Shown: in pieces, positions 19,771 through 29,768 of the stretch
How positions within the stretch are numbered: the stretch's first letter is position 1
Layout: every line of letters starts with the position of its first letter
From: Ignisphaera sp.
Lineage (GTDB): Archaea > Thermoproteota > Thermoprotei_A > Sulfolobales > Ignisphaeraceae
Assembly (NCBI GenBank): GCA_038821645.1
Contig: JAWBDT010000001.1
Coordinates: forward strand, 32,001-96,000
Reading direction: 5' to 3'
DNA: 64,000 nucleotides
Made by a program: the position numbers and the translations under genes
The notes under the pieces: generated by a model
Seen by the model: the letters and a program-made list of their open reading frames with translations, nothing else
Database searches by the model: none
Told to the model about the DNA's origin: nothing

Positions 19771-20658
19771 ATGTTTATGGGAAGAGTCGTGCACAACGAT
19801 AAACCTCTGCTTAAAAAAGTTGTTGAAAAGATCTTGGGTAGCGAGTATGTTGAAAAGATTTGGAAACGTATTGAGATTGTAGGTGATATAGCTGTTATTA
19901 GAAAACCTTTTGATCTTTCTCCAGATATTTTTAAAGCTATTGGAGAAGAGCTTTTGAATCAGCTCCCCTATATCAAATCTGTTTGGCTTGCGGTTTCTCC
20001 TGTTCATGGTGCTGAAAGAATTAGAGAGTACATACATTTAGCTGGTGAAGCAAGAAGTGAGACAGTATATAAAGAATATGGATGTATCTTTAGGCTAGAT
20101 ATAACTAAAGTCTATTTCTCTCCAGTTCTTAGCTACGATCATATGAGGATAGCTAGACAAGTAAAGAAGGGTGAGAAGGTTCTCAATATGTTTGCAGGCT
20201 TTGGTCCATATAGCGTAATTCTATCTAAGTATGCTCAGCCAAGCTATGTCCTATCAATAGATATAAACGATTATGCAGCTAGATACATTAGGATAAATAT
20301 CGAATTAAATAAGGTACCGATATTCAACGAGGTTATACATGGAGATTCACTACTTATAGTACCTGCTTTGAAAGAGAAATTTGATAGAATCCTGATGCCT
20401 TATCCAGATATGTTTGAAGAAGCTATAGATGTTGCAATTAAAGCTGTTAAAGATTATGGCTATATACATCCACATCTATTTATTGAGGCAGAAAACAAGA
20501 GACAAGCATTTATGAAAGCTGTAGAGAAAGTTGTAGAGAGAATTAGCTCCACTAATATATCTATAGAAGTTGTTGGGGGACATGTAATTAGAGGTGTATC
20601 TCCAAGAAAGTATCATGTTGCAGTAGACATTGTTGTTAAGAAGAGCGGTAAACTATAA
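19771..20658 (+). CDS. Trm5/Met-10+ family SAM-dependent tRNA methyltransferase (likely aTrm5a/Taw21 type)
   Basis: EIVGDIAV, YKEYG, KVYFSP, NMFAGFGPY, DRILMPYP. Confidence 0.85.
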   Translation: MFMGRVVHNDKPLLKKVVEKILGSEYVEKIWKRIEIVGDIAVIRKPFDLSPDIFKAIGEELLNQLPYIKSVWLAVSPVHGAERIREYIHLAGEARSETVYKEYGCIFRLDITKVYFSPVLSYDHMRIARQVKKGEKVLNMFAGFGPYSVILSKYAQPSYVLSIDINDYAARYIRINIELNKVPIFNEVIHGDSLLIVPALKEKFDRILMPYPDMFEEAIDVAIKAVKDYGYIHPHLFIEAENKRQAFMKAVEKVVERISSTNISIEVVGGHVIRGVSPRKYHVAVDIVVKKSGKL

Positions 20659-20718
20659 CTGAGTATTCATAGAAAGGATATGGCTATTTAGAATCAGTAG
20701 TACAGTAGCATAGAAAAC

Positions 20719-21405
20719 TTATTGACTAGAAGACTTTTCATCCTCTTTGATGCTCTGTCCATTGAATTCTATGTATTTTCTTAATAGAGGTGAGTACTTA
20801 ATTACATCTAGAGCTGTTTTTAAGTGTTTATTGAATAGAAGATTGTAGATATTTTTATGCTTCATTATTATTGATGTACTACAGTTCACTATCTTCATTA
20901 TCGATGTAAGGGACATAGGATCTGATACAAAATCTTCTAGACATTCTCTAAAATATGGATTTTCAACTATAGCTAGCTTGAGTAGTGTAACTATGTTTAT
21001 CCTGAGGACAACTCTTTCATTGTACATACCCTCAAGATATATCCTAAGTACGTGACTTCTAGGCACCATTGTACATTTTATATAGTTACAGTCTAGAGCA
21101 TCTACATAGATATCGCTATTCTCAATTCTATATATTTCCTCTATATCATGACTTAAATAAAGCTTAAATAAACCAAATCTACTCCTAAAAATCACAACTT
21201 CATTATATCTAGAAATAATGTAGTCAATAATTTTCCAGAAGCTGAGTTTCTTAGGATACTTATCTATTCCGTATTTATCGAGAAGACCTGAGGTTATAAT
21301 TGGTGGATCCATACAGTGTAAATCATATCTAAGACAGTTGAGAACCTGCTCATATATGGATTGAATAATTATGATGATAGCGTCAAGCATCTTCATACTA
21401 CACAC
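20719..21405 (-). CDS. Hypothetical protein
   Basis: 228-aa ORF filling the gap; no recognisable motif. Confidence 0.6.
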   Translation of the reverse strand: MCSMKMLDAIIIIIQSIYEQVLNCLRYDLHCMDPPIITSGLLDKYGIDKYPKKLSFWKIIDYIISRYNEVVIFRSRFGLFKLYLSHDIEEIYRIENSDIYVDALDCNYIKCTMVPRSHVLRIYLEGMYNERVVLRINIVTLLKLAIVENPYFRECLEDFVSDPMSLTSIMKIVNCSTSIIMKHKNIYNLLFNKHLKTALDVIKYSPLLRKYIEFNGQSIKEDEKSSSQ

Positions 21406-21596
21406 AATAAATTATCTATAGCTCTGACTTTAAATACCAATAGTATCATTAAATCAGGACCATTACAATATTCTAAATTAATCCAAAATTATACTTAATT
21501 TAATTTTCATTTGAGTGCTATTAAGGGTACACATATATAGTTTCAATATTATCAGAAGGACTAAACATACGTTAGGCTCTAGGTTTAGCTATCCCA

Positions 21597-23042
21597 TTGT
21601 CGGGGATTATTATGTCTAGCAGAAGTAGTGTTGGTGTAGTTATTGCATTGATTAGATTGTTTCTAGGGAATAGGCTTGTGAGAAACCTACTAAGATATGC
21701 TACTAATAGCACTATGTGTTATGTAGATGGTGTAGCTGAAAAACGTAGCTATATACATTACGCATTATCTAGATACATAGGCTCTAAAGTTTTATGCCCC
21801 ATAGCATCGAGATTTACTATAGACTTTATGTATATGCTCATTGATGTTGGTATAAAGATTCTTGGAGGCAATCGTAGAGAAATTGCTGAAATGCTTAGTG
21901 ATCCAGCTGTTAGAAGAGGTGTAGAATGTGTTATGAAAGGAATAGCAGAGTATGGTGTAACAATTCCACAGATTCTTCCAGCACCTTTTCTAGTTGTATG
22001 GAATTTCACAAACATCTGCAATCTCCGATGTATACATTGTTATCAAAATGCAGGAAGAAATATGGAAGATGAGCTCACACTTTCTGAGAAACTAGCACTA
22101 GTAGATCATCTCGATAAAGCTGGTGTAGCTGCTGTTGCACTAAGTGGTGGTGAACCAACACTTCATCCAGATTATCTAACCATAGTTAAAGCACTTGCTC
22201 GGAAAGGTATATATGTAGCTATAGCTACAAATGGCTGGAGATATGCAGATATAGATGAACTTAAGAAAGCTGCTGAAGCAGGTTTACGGTATGTAGAAGT
22301 ATCGATAGATTCTGCTTATCAAAGTAAACATGATAGATTTAGAGGTCTCGAAGGTTCATGGAATAGAGGTGTAAAAGCTCTAGAAAATGCTGTTAAACTT
22401 GGAATAAGTAGTGCTATGGCTGTAACAATAACGAAACTCAATATAAATGAAGTAGATGAAATCCTTGATTTAGCTCAAAACATAGGTGTAAATAGAGTAA
22501 TATTCTTCAACTATATACCGGTTGGGAGAGGTAAAGAAGCTTCAAATCTCGATCTCAATCCAATTGAGAGAGAAGACTTTATGAAGAAGATATATAGAGA
22601 GATGAAGAAGAGAAAAATCGAAATATACATAACGGCACCTCAATACGCTAGAGTAGTTCTCCAAATTAGTGGAGGTAAAGAGATAGCACCAACACACTAT
22701 GCTATCCGTGGCGATATAGTTACAAAATCTTTAGCAGAATTCATAGGTGGCTGTGGAGCTGGAAGAATATATGCAGCTATACAACCAAATGGGGATGTAT
22801 CTCCATGCGTATTTATGCCTATAGCTCTAGGAAATATTAAGTACATAAGCTTTGAACGTATATGGAGAACAAACAAATTGCTCAAAATGCTAAGAAATAG
22901 AGAGAATCTTGGGCTGCCTTGTAGAATCTGTTCCTATAGATGTATTTGTGGAGGTTGTAGAGCTAGAGCATATGTGTATTTCGGAGATCCTTTGGCTCCA
23001 GATCCAGGATGCATCAATACTCTGTATACAAGGATTATCTAA
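21597..23042 (+). CDS. Radical SAM/SPASM protein with long N-terminal extension (candidate GMGT synthase)
   Basis: CNLRCIHC, SGGEP, GCGAGR...PCVF...CRICSYRCICGGCRARAY...DPGC. Confidence 0.9.
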   Translation: MSGIIMSSRSSVGVVIALIRLFLGNRLVRNLLRYATNSTMCYVDGVAEKRSYIHYALSRYIGSKVLCPIASRFTIDFMYMLIDVGIKILGGNRREIAEMLSDPAVRRGVECVMKGIAEYGVTIPQILPAPFLVVWNFTNICNLRCIHCYQNAGRNMEDELTLSEKLALVDHLDKAGVAAVALSGGEPTLHPDYLTIVKALARKGIYVAIATNGWRYADIDELKKAAEAGLRYVEVSIDSAYQSKHDRFRGLEGSWNRGVKALENAVKLGISSAMAVTITKLNINEVDEILDLAQNIGVNRVIFFNYIPVGRGKEASNLDLNPIEREDFMKKIYREMKKRKIEIYITAPQYARVVLQISGGKEIAPTHYAIRGDIVTKSLAEFIGGCGAGRIYAAIQPNGDVSPCVFMPIALGNIKYISFERIWRTNKLLKMLRNRENLGLPCRICSYRCICGGCRARAYVYFGDPLAPDPGCINTLYTRII

Positions 23043-23256
23043 ATAGTCATGAACTATACATAAATCATTTTAGGTAAAGAAACTATCTAGGCAATCTATA
23101 CCGAGATAGGTTTAGTTGAATATAGCTCAATCGTTTTCTTTAGATATTTTCACAATAGATCTATGCACAGTAGCTGTATATCTATCAACATCAGCTACAT
23201 TATTGAGTTCATCTCTATGATTCTTGTGAAACACCTACATTAGAGCTAAAGGGTCA

Positions 23257-24003
23257 TTAGATTGTTAATTCATATATTTTGCTTGGATTAAGCATAATCT
23301 CTGTCCCTATTAAGAAAGCTTTTGCACCAGCGTTCTTTAGATAATCTATATCTTTTCTACTCTTTATACCACTTTCAGCTACTTTAGTTACTTTATTGGG
23401 TATCTTTTCGAGAACTTTGTATGCTTTTGATAGATCTATCTCAAATGTTGTCAGATTTCTGGAGTTTACACCAATCATTGGAAAGCCCATGCTAACAACA
23501 TGTTCAGCTTCATCTTCGTTATGAACTTCTATGAGAACTTCTAGATTGAAGCTTCTTGCAGCTTCATATAGTGCATCTAGTTCTCTATCGGTAAGTATTG
23601 ATGCTATTAACAGAATGGCGTCAGCACCTATATTGTGTGCTGTTTCTATTTGGCTATAAGATACCACTATATCCTTCATCAATATGGGTAAATTAGTTAT
23701 GGATGCTATAGATATGAGATAGTTGTAAGAGCCTCCAAAGTAAAGTTCTTCAGTAAGTACACTCATCCCTACAACATGTTTCTCTACATGTTTTACATAA
23801 TCTATGGGATCTCTAACTATATTTAATCCTGAGGGAGATCTCATCTTGAATTCAGCTATTATTGCTATACGATCTCTACGGTGCATCTCCTCTATTCTAT
23901 CCCTAAGGCTATAAAAATTACGAAACCTGCTTATTCTGAGTACCGGTCTCAAGCTATTATATCTAACAACATTTTCAAGCCATCCCTTAATGTTCTTCGG
24001 CAT
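23257..24003 (-). CDS. trpC: Indole-3-glycerol phosphate synthase
   Basis: IIAEFKMRSPSG, SVLTE, LMKD, GADAILLI, GVNSRNL, AESGI. Confidence 0.95.
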   Translation of the reverse strand: MPKNIKGWLENVVRYNSLRPVLRISRFRNFYSLRDRIEEMHRRDRIAIIAEFKMRSPSGLNIVRDPIDYVKHVEKHVVGMSVLTEELYFGGSYNYLISIASITNLPILMKDIVVSYSQIETAHNIGADAILLIASILTDRELDALYEAARSFNLEVLIEVHNEDEAEHVVSMGFPMIGVNSRNLTTFEIDLSKAYKVLEKIPNKVTKVAESGIKSRKDIDYLKNAGAKAFLIGTEIMLNPSKIYELTI

Positions 24004-24007
24004 AAAG

Positions 24008-24598
24008 CTACACCATATCTATGAAATTCTTCAGTATCTGTTTACCATACTCTGTACCTATGCTTTCTGGATGGAATTGAAGACCATATATCGGATATTC
24101 TACGTGATGTATAGCCATAATCTCTCCATCATTTAGAGATATAGCATCTACAATAATCTCCTTAGACACATCATCTATAACTAAGCTGTTGTATCTAGTT
24201 GCCCTGATTATCTTTGGAATACCTTTAAATAGTGTGTCATCATTTAGTATCTTTATAGTATCTATTTTTCCATGCATAACTGTTCTAGCTCTTCTTATTT
24301 TTGCTCCAAATGCGTAACCTATTACTTGATGTCCGAGACATATACCGAGGATAGGTATAGATTTACCATATCTCTTTACAATATCTAGAGATATACCTAT
24401 ATCCTCTCTTTTCTCGGGAGTTCCAGGACCTGGCGAGATTATTATTTTATCTGGATTCATTCTATCTATAGCTGATAGAGATATCTCGTCATTTCTTACA
24501 ACAATAGCTATAGCACCTAGTTCACTAACTATTTGAGCTATATTGTATACGAAACTATCATAGTTATCTATTATGAGAATAAGCACCAACACCATCAC
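24008..24598 (-). CDS. trpG: Anthranilate synthase component II
   Basis: IDNYDSF, SPGPG, GICLGHQ, QFHPES. Confidence 0.95.
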   Translation of the reverse strand: MMVLVLILIIDNYDSFVYNIAQIVSELGAIAIVVRNDEISLSAIDRMNPDKIIISPGPGTPEKREDIGISLDIVKRYGKSIPILGICLGHQVIGYAFGAKIRRARTVMHGKIDTIKILNDDTLFKGIPKIIRATRYNSLVIDDVSKEIIVDAISLNDGEIMAIHHVEYPIYGLQFHPESIGTEYGKQILKNFIDMV

Positions 24599-25866
24599 CT
24601 CTCGATAACGCCTAGAGCCACTTTTAATGCAGCAAGCTTATGTTCTGTTTCTTCATATTCCATTCTAGGTTTAGAATCATATACAATACCTGCTCCAGCT
24701 TGTATTCTTACAAGATCTTTATATATAAAGGCAGATCTAATAGCTATAGCCATTACAGCTTCACCAGAAGATGTAAAGAATCCTACAGCTCCAGCATAAG
24801 GACCTCTCTTGTATTCTTCTAATTCTTCTATCAACTTCATTGCAAAAGGCTTTGGGGCACCACTTACAGTTCCTGCAGGTAGTAATGCCTTCATCAAATC
24901 TATAGCATCATATCTCTTTTTTACAATACCTACAACCTTCGAAACCATGTGTTGCACATGGCTGTACTTCTCTATATACATAAGTTTCTCGACCTTTACT
25001 GTACCGGATACACATACTTTCCCAAGATCATTTCTAGCTAGATCCACAAGCATCAGATGTTCAGCTCTATCTTTTTCTGATTTAAGAAGCTCTTCCTCAA
25101 ACACCTTATCTTCATCGACATTTCTTCCTCTGGGTCTTGTACCAGCTATCGGATAGGTTTCAACAATACCTCTTCTATACGAATAGAGAAGTTCTGGACT
25201 AGCACCTAACACGATTCTTTTGCCAAATTTTATGAAGTATGTGTAGGGTGATGGATTTATCTCTCTAAGATTTAGATAAAGATCAACAACATCGCCTCTA
25301 TAGGTATATCTCTGAAATCTCGATAAAACAACTTGAAAAACATAGCCATTCTTAATGTATTTGAGGACTTCTTCAACAGATTCTTCAAATCTTTTACCAT
25401 CTAGCGAAGAATCATAGAATTCGACTCTCACATTTCCTCTACTGTATCTATCTCTGCATTTCTCTAGTCGATGTGGATCTCCATCAATATAGATAGATCC
25501 TTTACTGTAATCATATATGGCTATATTCATAGGCTCGAAGAACTCTACATAATCCCATTCCTCTGGATAAGGACGAAGATCTGGTATCTTCTCCCACAAC
25601 CTTACAGCATCGTATCCTACATATCCTATCAAACCTATATCTAATGGATACATGTGATTACGTATCTTAACTTTCTTTAGGCTTGTTCTAAGTTCGTCAA
25701 GAACATCTTCATGACTTCCTTTCACAATGTTCTTAACCCCCCATACAATAACGCTATAGCTTTTTTGAGCAAGATTCTCATATACGGCAAAGACCTCTTC
25801 TTCTCCGTTTATGCACTTTATAGCATCTTCGATATTAGGCATATGCTTCATACTTATTTTCTCCAT
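24595..25866 (-). CDS. trpE: Anthranilate synthase component I
   Basis: [53 protein letters not shown]. Confidence 0.95.
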   Translation of the reverse strand: MEKISMKHMPNIEDAIKCINGEEEVFAVYENLAQKSYSVIVWGVKNIVKGSHEDVLDELRTSLKKVKIRNHMYPLDIGLIGYVGYDAVRLWEKIPDLRPYPEEWDYVEFFEPMNIAIYDYSKGSIYIDGDPHRLEKCRDRYSRGNVRVEFYDSSLDGKRFEESVEEVLKYIKNGYVFQVVLSRFQRYTYRGDVVDLYLNLREINPSPYTYFIKFGKRIVLGASPELLYSYRRGIVETYPIAGTRPRGRNVDEDKVFEEELLKSEKDRAEHLMLVDLARNDLGKVCVSGTVKVEKLMYIEKYSHVQHMVSKVVGIVKKRYDAIDLMKALLPAGTVSGAPKPFAMKLIEELEEYKRGPYAGAVGFFTSSGEAVMAIAIRSAFIYKDLVRIQAGAGIVYDSKPRMEYEETEHKLAALKVALGVIER

Positions 25867-26453
25867 GTATATACAACCTCTTTGAGCTTTCTAATCTTCT
25901 CTAAATCTTTTTTCTTAGGATGAATCTCAACACCGCTAGAAACATCTATCCATCCAGGTTCTAGCTCTAGGAATTCATGTACATTCTCTAAGGTGATGCC
26001 CCCAGCTACTCCAGCATCTCTATGGTAATCAAGAAGAATTCTCAGTACCTTAGGATTGCTTGGCATACCTTTTGTTGGTGAATCAAATAGTATTAGACTA
26101 AAGTACCTCTGTACCTTCTTCAAATAGTCTAGATAGTCTAGTGATGCAGGTACATATAGTATAAACTTCTTTGTATTGTATGTTGATAGAGTCTCAATTT
26201 CGTTATCTTTCAGGATTCTGTGTATCTGTATATAATCTGCATAGCTATTAACTAATGTCTCTATAGCTCCATGTACTTTAACACTAACGATGGGTGTTGA
26301 AACCATATTCTTTAGTTTAGCTACAAACTCTTCTGATACGTATCTAGGGCTTACAGGATCTGTTACAACACCTATGAAGTCTACACCTATTCTATCTATC
26401 TCTAAAGCATCATCTAGATTAGCTACACCACATATCTTCAGCTTTATCCTCAT
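25854..26453 (-). CDS. trpF: Phosphoribosylanthranilate isomerase
   Basis: KICG, SPRYV, QIH, AGGITLENV, DVSSGVE. Confidence 0.93.
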   Translation of the reverse strand: MRIKLKICGVANLDDALEIDRIGVDFIGVVTDPVSPRYVSEEFVAKLKNMVSTPIVSVKVHGAIETLVNSYADYIQIHRILKDNEIETLSTYNTKKFILYVPASLDYLDYLKKVQRYFSLILFDSPTKGMPSNPKVLRILLDYHRDAGVAGGITLENVHEFLELEPGWIDVSSGVEIHPKKKDLEKIRKLKEVVYTWRK

Positions 26454-27484
26454 AGAATTTTCACCAATAGAGATCTAAATCTATCTATATCGCCATTAAC
26501 TTGAAGTAATGTTTCTATTCTATCTATTAACTTCAATAGAAGATTCTCAGCATACTCAAAACCATCCTTAAAGTCCTTAACAATATCTGCTACATATAAT
26601 GCTAAAGCCGTATTCATTCCTATAAAGACTTTAGCATCTCTATCTAGACCTTTAGCAGCTCTCAAGATCCTGGTAGCAGAATCTTCAACACCAGAGACTG
26701 TTAGTCGTGTTATAGGTATATTTTTTACTCCAAAGTCCTCGGGTTGTAGTGTATAGTATTCAATTCTAGATCCTTTAACCTCATATACATGTGTTAAACC
26801 TGAAGGACTTACTTCATCAATACCGGGTTCGCCATGTATAACAAGTACTTTCTCAAAATCTAGACGAGCAGCAGCTTCAGCTATAACATGAGCAAAAGAT
26901 TTTGAGAATACACCAATGACTTGTTTCTTGGTTCCTCCAGGATTTGTTAAAGGACCTAACACATTGAATATTGTTCTTATCCCTAGCATCTTTCGTATTG
27001 ATGCAACTCTCTTCATGGCTGGATGGTATAGAGGTGCAAATAAGAATACAAAACCAGTCTTACTTATCAGTTCTATCGCTCTATCAGGCTCTATCTCTAT
27101 CCTATAACCAAGAAACTCTAAGAGATCTGCTGAACCGCTCCTACCGCTTACAGCCCTATTACCATGTTTAGCGACGGGATATACAATTGATGTAAGTATT
27201 GCTGAAGCCGTACTAACATTTAATGTTCCAATACCATCTCCACCTGTTCCAACAACATCTATAGCATAGCTACAAGGTATCTTTAGAGACTTCATCCTCA
27301 TAGCTTTAGCAAAACCAACAATTTCATCAACAGATTCTCCTCTAATCCTTAGAGCTACAAGAAGAGCTGAAACAATAATATCCGGTATTTCTCCATCCAT
27401 AATACTTAGCGCTATAGACATAGAATCTTCTTCACTCAGTTTCTCTCCATTAACAAGCTTACTCAGAACAACTCTATAATCCAT
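26450..27484 (-). CDS. trpD: Anthranilate phosphoribosyltransferase (start set at MDYRV)
   Basis: DVVGTGGDG, NVST, KHGNRAVS, HPAM, RTIFNVLGPLTNP. Confidence 0.95.
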   Translation of the reverse strand: MDYRVVLSKLVNGEKLSEEDSMSIALSIMDGEIPDIIVSALLVALRIRGESVDEIVGFAKAMRMKSLKIPCSYAIDVVGTGGDGIGTLNVSTASAILTSIVYPVAKHGNRAVSGRSGSADLLEFLGYRIEIEPDRAIELISKTGFVFLFAPLYHPAMKRVASIRKMLGIRTIFNVLGPLTNPGGTKKQVIGVFSKSFAHVIAEAAARLDFEKVLVIHGEPGIDEVSPSGLTHVYEVKGSRIEYYTLQPEDFGVKNIPITRLTVSGVEDSATRILRAAKGLDRDAKVFIGMNTALALYVADIVKDFKDGFEYAENLLLKLIDRIETLLQVNGDIDRFRSLLVKIL

Positions 27485-28205
27485 CCAATACACCTCTAAC
27501 AGTTTCAATAATTTTTAATGCCTGATTTACCTCACTATTCTCTAAAGCTTCAACAATAACTGTGCCGATGGCAACACCATCAGCACCAGCTCTCAAAACA
27601 TTAGCTATATCGTTTATCGATAAACCAAATCCGACAACAAGAGTATTGTTGACAAGCCTCCTAGCTCTTTTGACTAAAGCAACAGGATCTATGGGTATTG
27701 GTATACCTGTAGCAGGTCTTAAACCATAGTATAGAAATGGGTGAGTCAATAGAGATACTTCTGCTACAAGTTTATCAGGCATAGAGGGAGAGACAAATAG
27801 TGTTACATTTAGTCCACGATCTTTAACCTCTTTGACTATATCTTGGTACCTATCGACATAGTCTATGAGTAGATCTGGAAAGAGAACATAATCTATCTCA
27901 ATTGTGTGTAGATTTTCTACAAACATCCCAAGATTCTCTATATAATCATCGAGATACGTCAAAACTATTAGGGGTAGATCTATATTCTTTCGAACAGTTT
28001 TGAGTACTTCCCATACATCTATACCAAAACTTTTAACATGACTATAGCTTCTCCTTATTACTGGACCATCGTATTTGGCGAATCTAGGTGGAATCCCTAT
28101 CTCAAAGAAGTCGACTCCTCTATTTCTCGCTTCCTTTAAGAACAATAGGAATCTATCTATTGATGGAAATCCCAATGTATTATAGACTACTAGATACTTA
28201 CCCAT
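27474..28205 (-). CDS. trpA: Tryptophan synthase alpha chain
   Basis: FEIGIP, YDGPVIR, VGFG, GADGVAIG. Confidence 0.9.
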   Translation of the reverse strand: MGKYLVVYNTLGFPSIDRFLLFLKEARNRGVDFFEIGIPPRFAKYDGPVIRRSYSHVKSFGIDVWEVLKTVRKNIDLPLIVLTYLDDYIENLGMFVENLHTIEIDYVLFPDLLIDYVDRYQDIVKEVKDRGLNVTLFVSPSMPDKLVAEVSLLTHPFLYYGLRPATGIPIPIDPVALVKRARRLVNNTLVVGFGLSINDIANVLRAGADGVAIGTVIVEALENSEVNQALKIIETVRGVLDGL

Positions 28206-28232
28206 AAATTCACCTCTAGATCTTTGTCAAGT

Positions 28233-29522
28233 CTATTTCTTTCCGTATCTAATCATCATAGATCTATAGTTCTCTATATCTAATAGTCCATGACCACTCA
28301 TATTGAATAGTATGACTGGTTTTTCATTTCTTTTCTTTGCTTCTAAAGCAATATCTATAACTACCTTAACAGCGTGAGCTGATTCTGGTGCAGGTATTAT
28401 TCCCTGTGTTTCTGCAAAGATTCTGGCTGCTCTATAGACCTCTCTTTCACTAACCTCAGTACATTCGATAACGCCTTCTCTAGCTAGTAAGCTTAAGCTT
28501 GGCGCTAATCCATGGTACCTCAATCCACCAGAATAGATGGGTGGTGGTATGAAGTCTTTGCCTAATGTGATCATTTTCAGAAGAGGTAGAATTCCAGCAG
28601 TATCTGGATAATCATATGTATATACACCTTTACTAAACTTGGGTACTTCTGCTGAAGCTACAGCAATAAACCTCTTACCATTGTTTCTAAGCCCTATATA
28701 TGGATATGCTAATCCACCGAAATTACTTCCACCACCCACACAAGCTACAATTACATCAGGTTCTTCACCTATAATCTCCATCTGTTTAATAGTCTCTAAA
28801 CCTATAACGCTTTGATGAAGTAGAACAACATCTAGAACACTACCTATAACGTATCTATATCCATGATTAAGTGTATACTCTATAGCCTCACTTATAGCTA
28901 TCCCAAGAGATCCAGGATTCTCTGGATCTCTACTAAGTATCTCTCTACCAAAATTCGTTAATTTTGATGGACTAGGAATCACTTCTGCTCCATAGAACTC
29001 CATGAGGGCTCTTCTACTAGGTTTATGTTCATAACTAACTCTAACCATAAATACAATAGACAGGATTCTATATAGAGATGCAGCTAATGCAACAGCAGAA
29101 CCCCATTGACCTGCACCAGTTTCTGTTACAACTCTTTCAACACCTTCGATATATGCATAATACACTTGCGGTATAGCTGTATTGACTTTATGGGAACCTG
29201 TAGGTAAAGCACCTTCATATTTAAAGTATATCTTAGCTGGTGTATCTAGATATCTCTCTAATCCTATAGCTCTATAGAGAGGTGTAGGTCTACCAACAAT
29301 TCTGTATTTCTCTAGAACATCTTCAGGAATCTTTATGTATCGCTCAATTGTAAACTGCTGCTTTAAGATCTCTCTAGGCACGATTCTTTGAAGCAATTCT
29401 ATTCTTGAAGAACCATTTTCTGGATCCATTGGTGGTGGTAATGGTTTAGGTAAATCTGGTATAATGTTATACCAATAGCTAGGTAGAATTTCATCTAGAT
29501 ATCTTTTAGGTATGTTTACCAT
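28233..29522 (-). CDS. trpB: Tryptophan synthase beta chain, TrpB2 type
   Basis: WYNI, GRPTPL, TGSHKVN (PLP Lys), [29 protein letters not shown]. Confidence 0.93.
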   Translation of the reverse strand: MVNIPKRYLDEILPSYWYNIIPDLPKPLPPPMDPENGSSRIELLQRIVPREILKQQFTIERYIKIPEDVLEKYRIVGRPTPLYRAIGLERYLDTPAKIYFKYEGALPTGSHKVNTAIPQVYYAYIEGVERVVTETGAGQWGSAVALAASLYRILSIVFMVRVSYEHKPSRRALMEFYGAEVIPSPSKLTNFGREILSRDPENPGSLGIAISEAIEYTLNHGYRYVIGSVLDVVLLHQSVIGLETIKQMEIIGEEPDVIVACVGGGSNFGGLAYPYIGLRNNGKRFIAVASAEVPKFSKGVYTYDYPDTAGILPLLKMITLGKDFIPPPIYSGGLRYHGLAPSLSLLAREGVIECTEVSEREVYRAARIFAETQGIIPAPESAHAVKVVIDIALEAKKRNEKPVILFNMSGHGLLDIENYRSMMIRYGKK

Positions 29523-29576
29523 TGGCTCATATCAATCCCCAACCACTGCTCTCTATATCTCTACCCCTATTAAAGC

Positions 29577-29602
29577 TTTATGTATAATGTTTATGTATAA
29601 TG
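29577..29602. repeat. Perfect 13-bp tandem repeat (TTTATGTATAATG x2) next to the putative trp promoter
   Basis: Copies at 29577-29589 and 29590-29602, immediately upstream of a TTTAATA box on the minus strand. Confidence 0.8.
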
Positions 29603-29660
29603 TTCAGTTTCCAGAGATTCTTCATCTATTCTTCAGTCTGGTCTAGGAATCATCACTCTG
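29601..29660 (-). ncRNA. Archaeal C/D box methylation-guide sRNA
   Basis: Minus strand reads GTGATGA-TTCCTAGACCAGA-CTGA-AGAATAG-ATGAAGA-ATCTCTGGAAA-CTGA (C, D', C', D boxes; 13- and 11-nt guides; 53-nt core). TTTTTATT lies ~28 nt upstream. Confidence 0.8.
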
Positions 29661-29768
29661 TACTTAGTAAGTATTACATCAGAATAAAAATGTTTAGACT
29701 TAATCTAGATTGCTTAAATGTTTAGTTAAAAGTATTGATTTAATCTACTCTACACAGATATAATACTT

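Noticed and set aside
23043-23256. RiPP precursor peptide next to the SPASM enzyme
   Set aside because: No convincing small ORF on either flank.
23257-29522. TrpB2 in place of TrpB1 in the trp operon as a novelty
   Set aside because: This is an established arrangement in Sulfolobales and related archaea.
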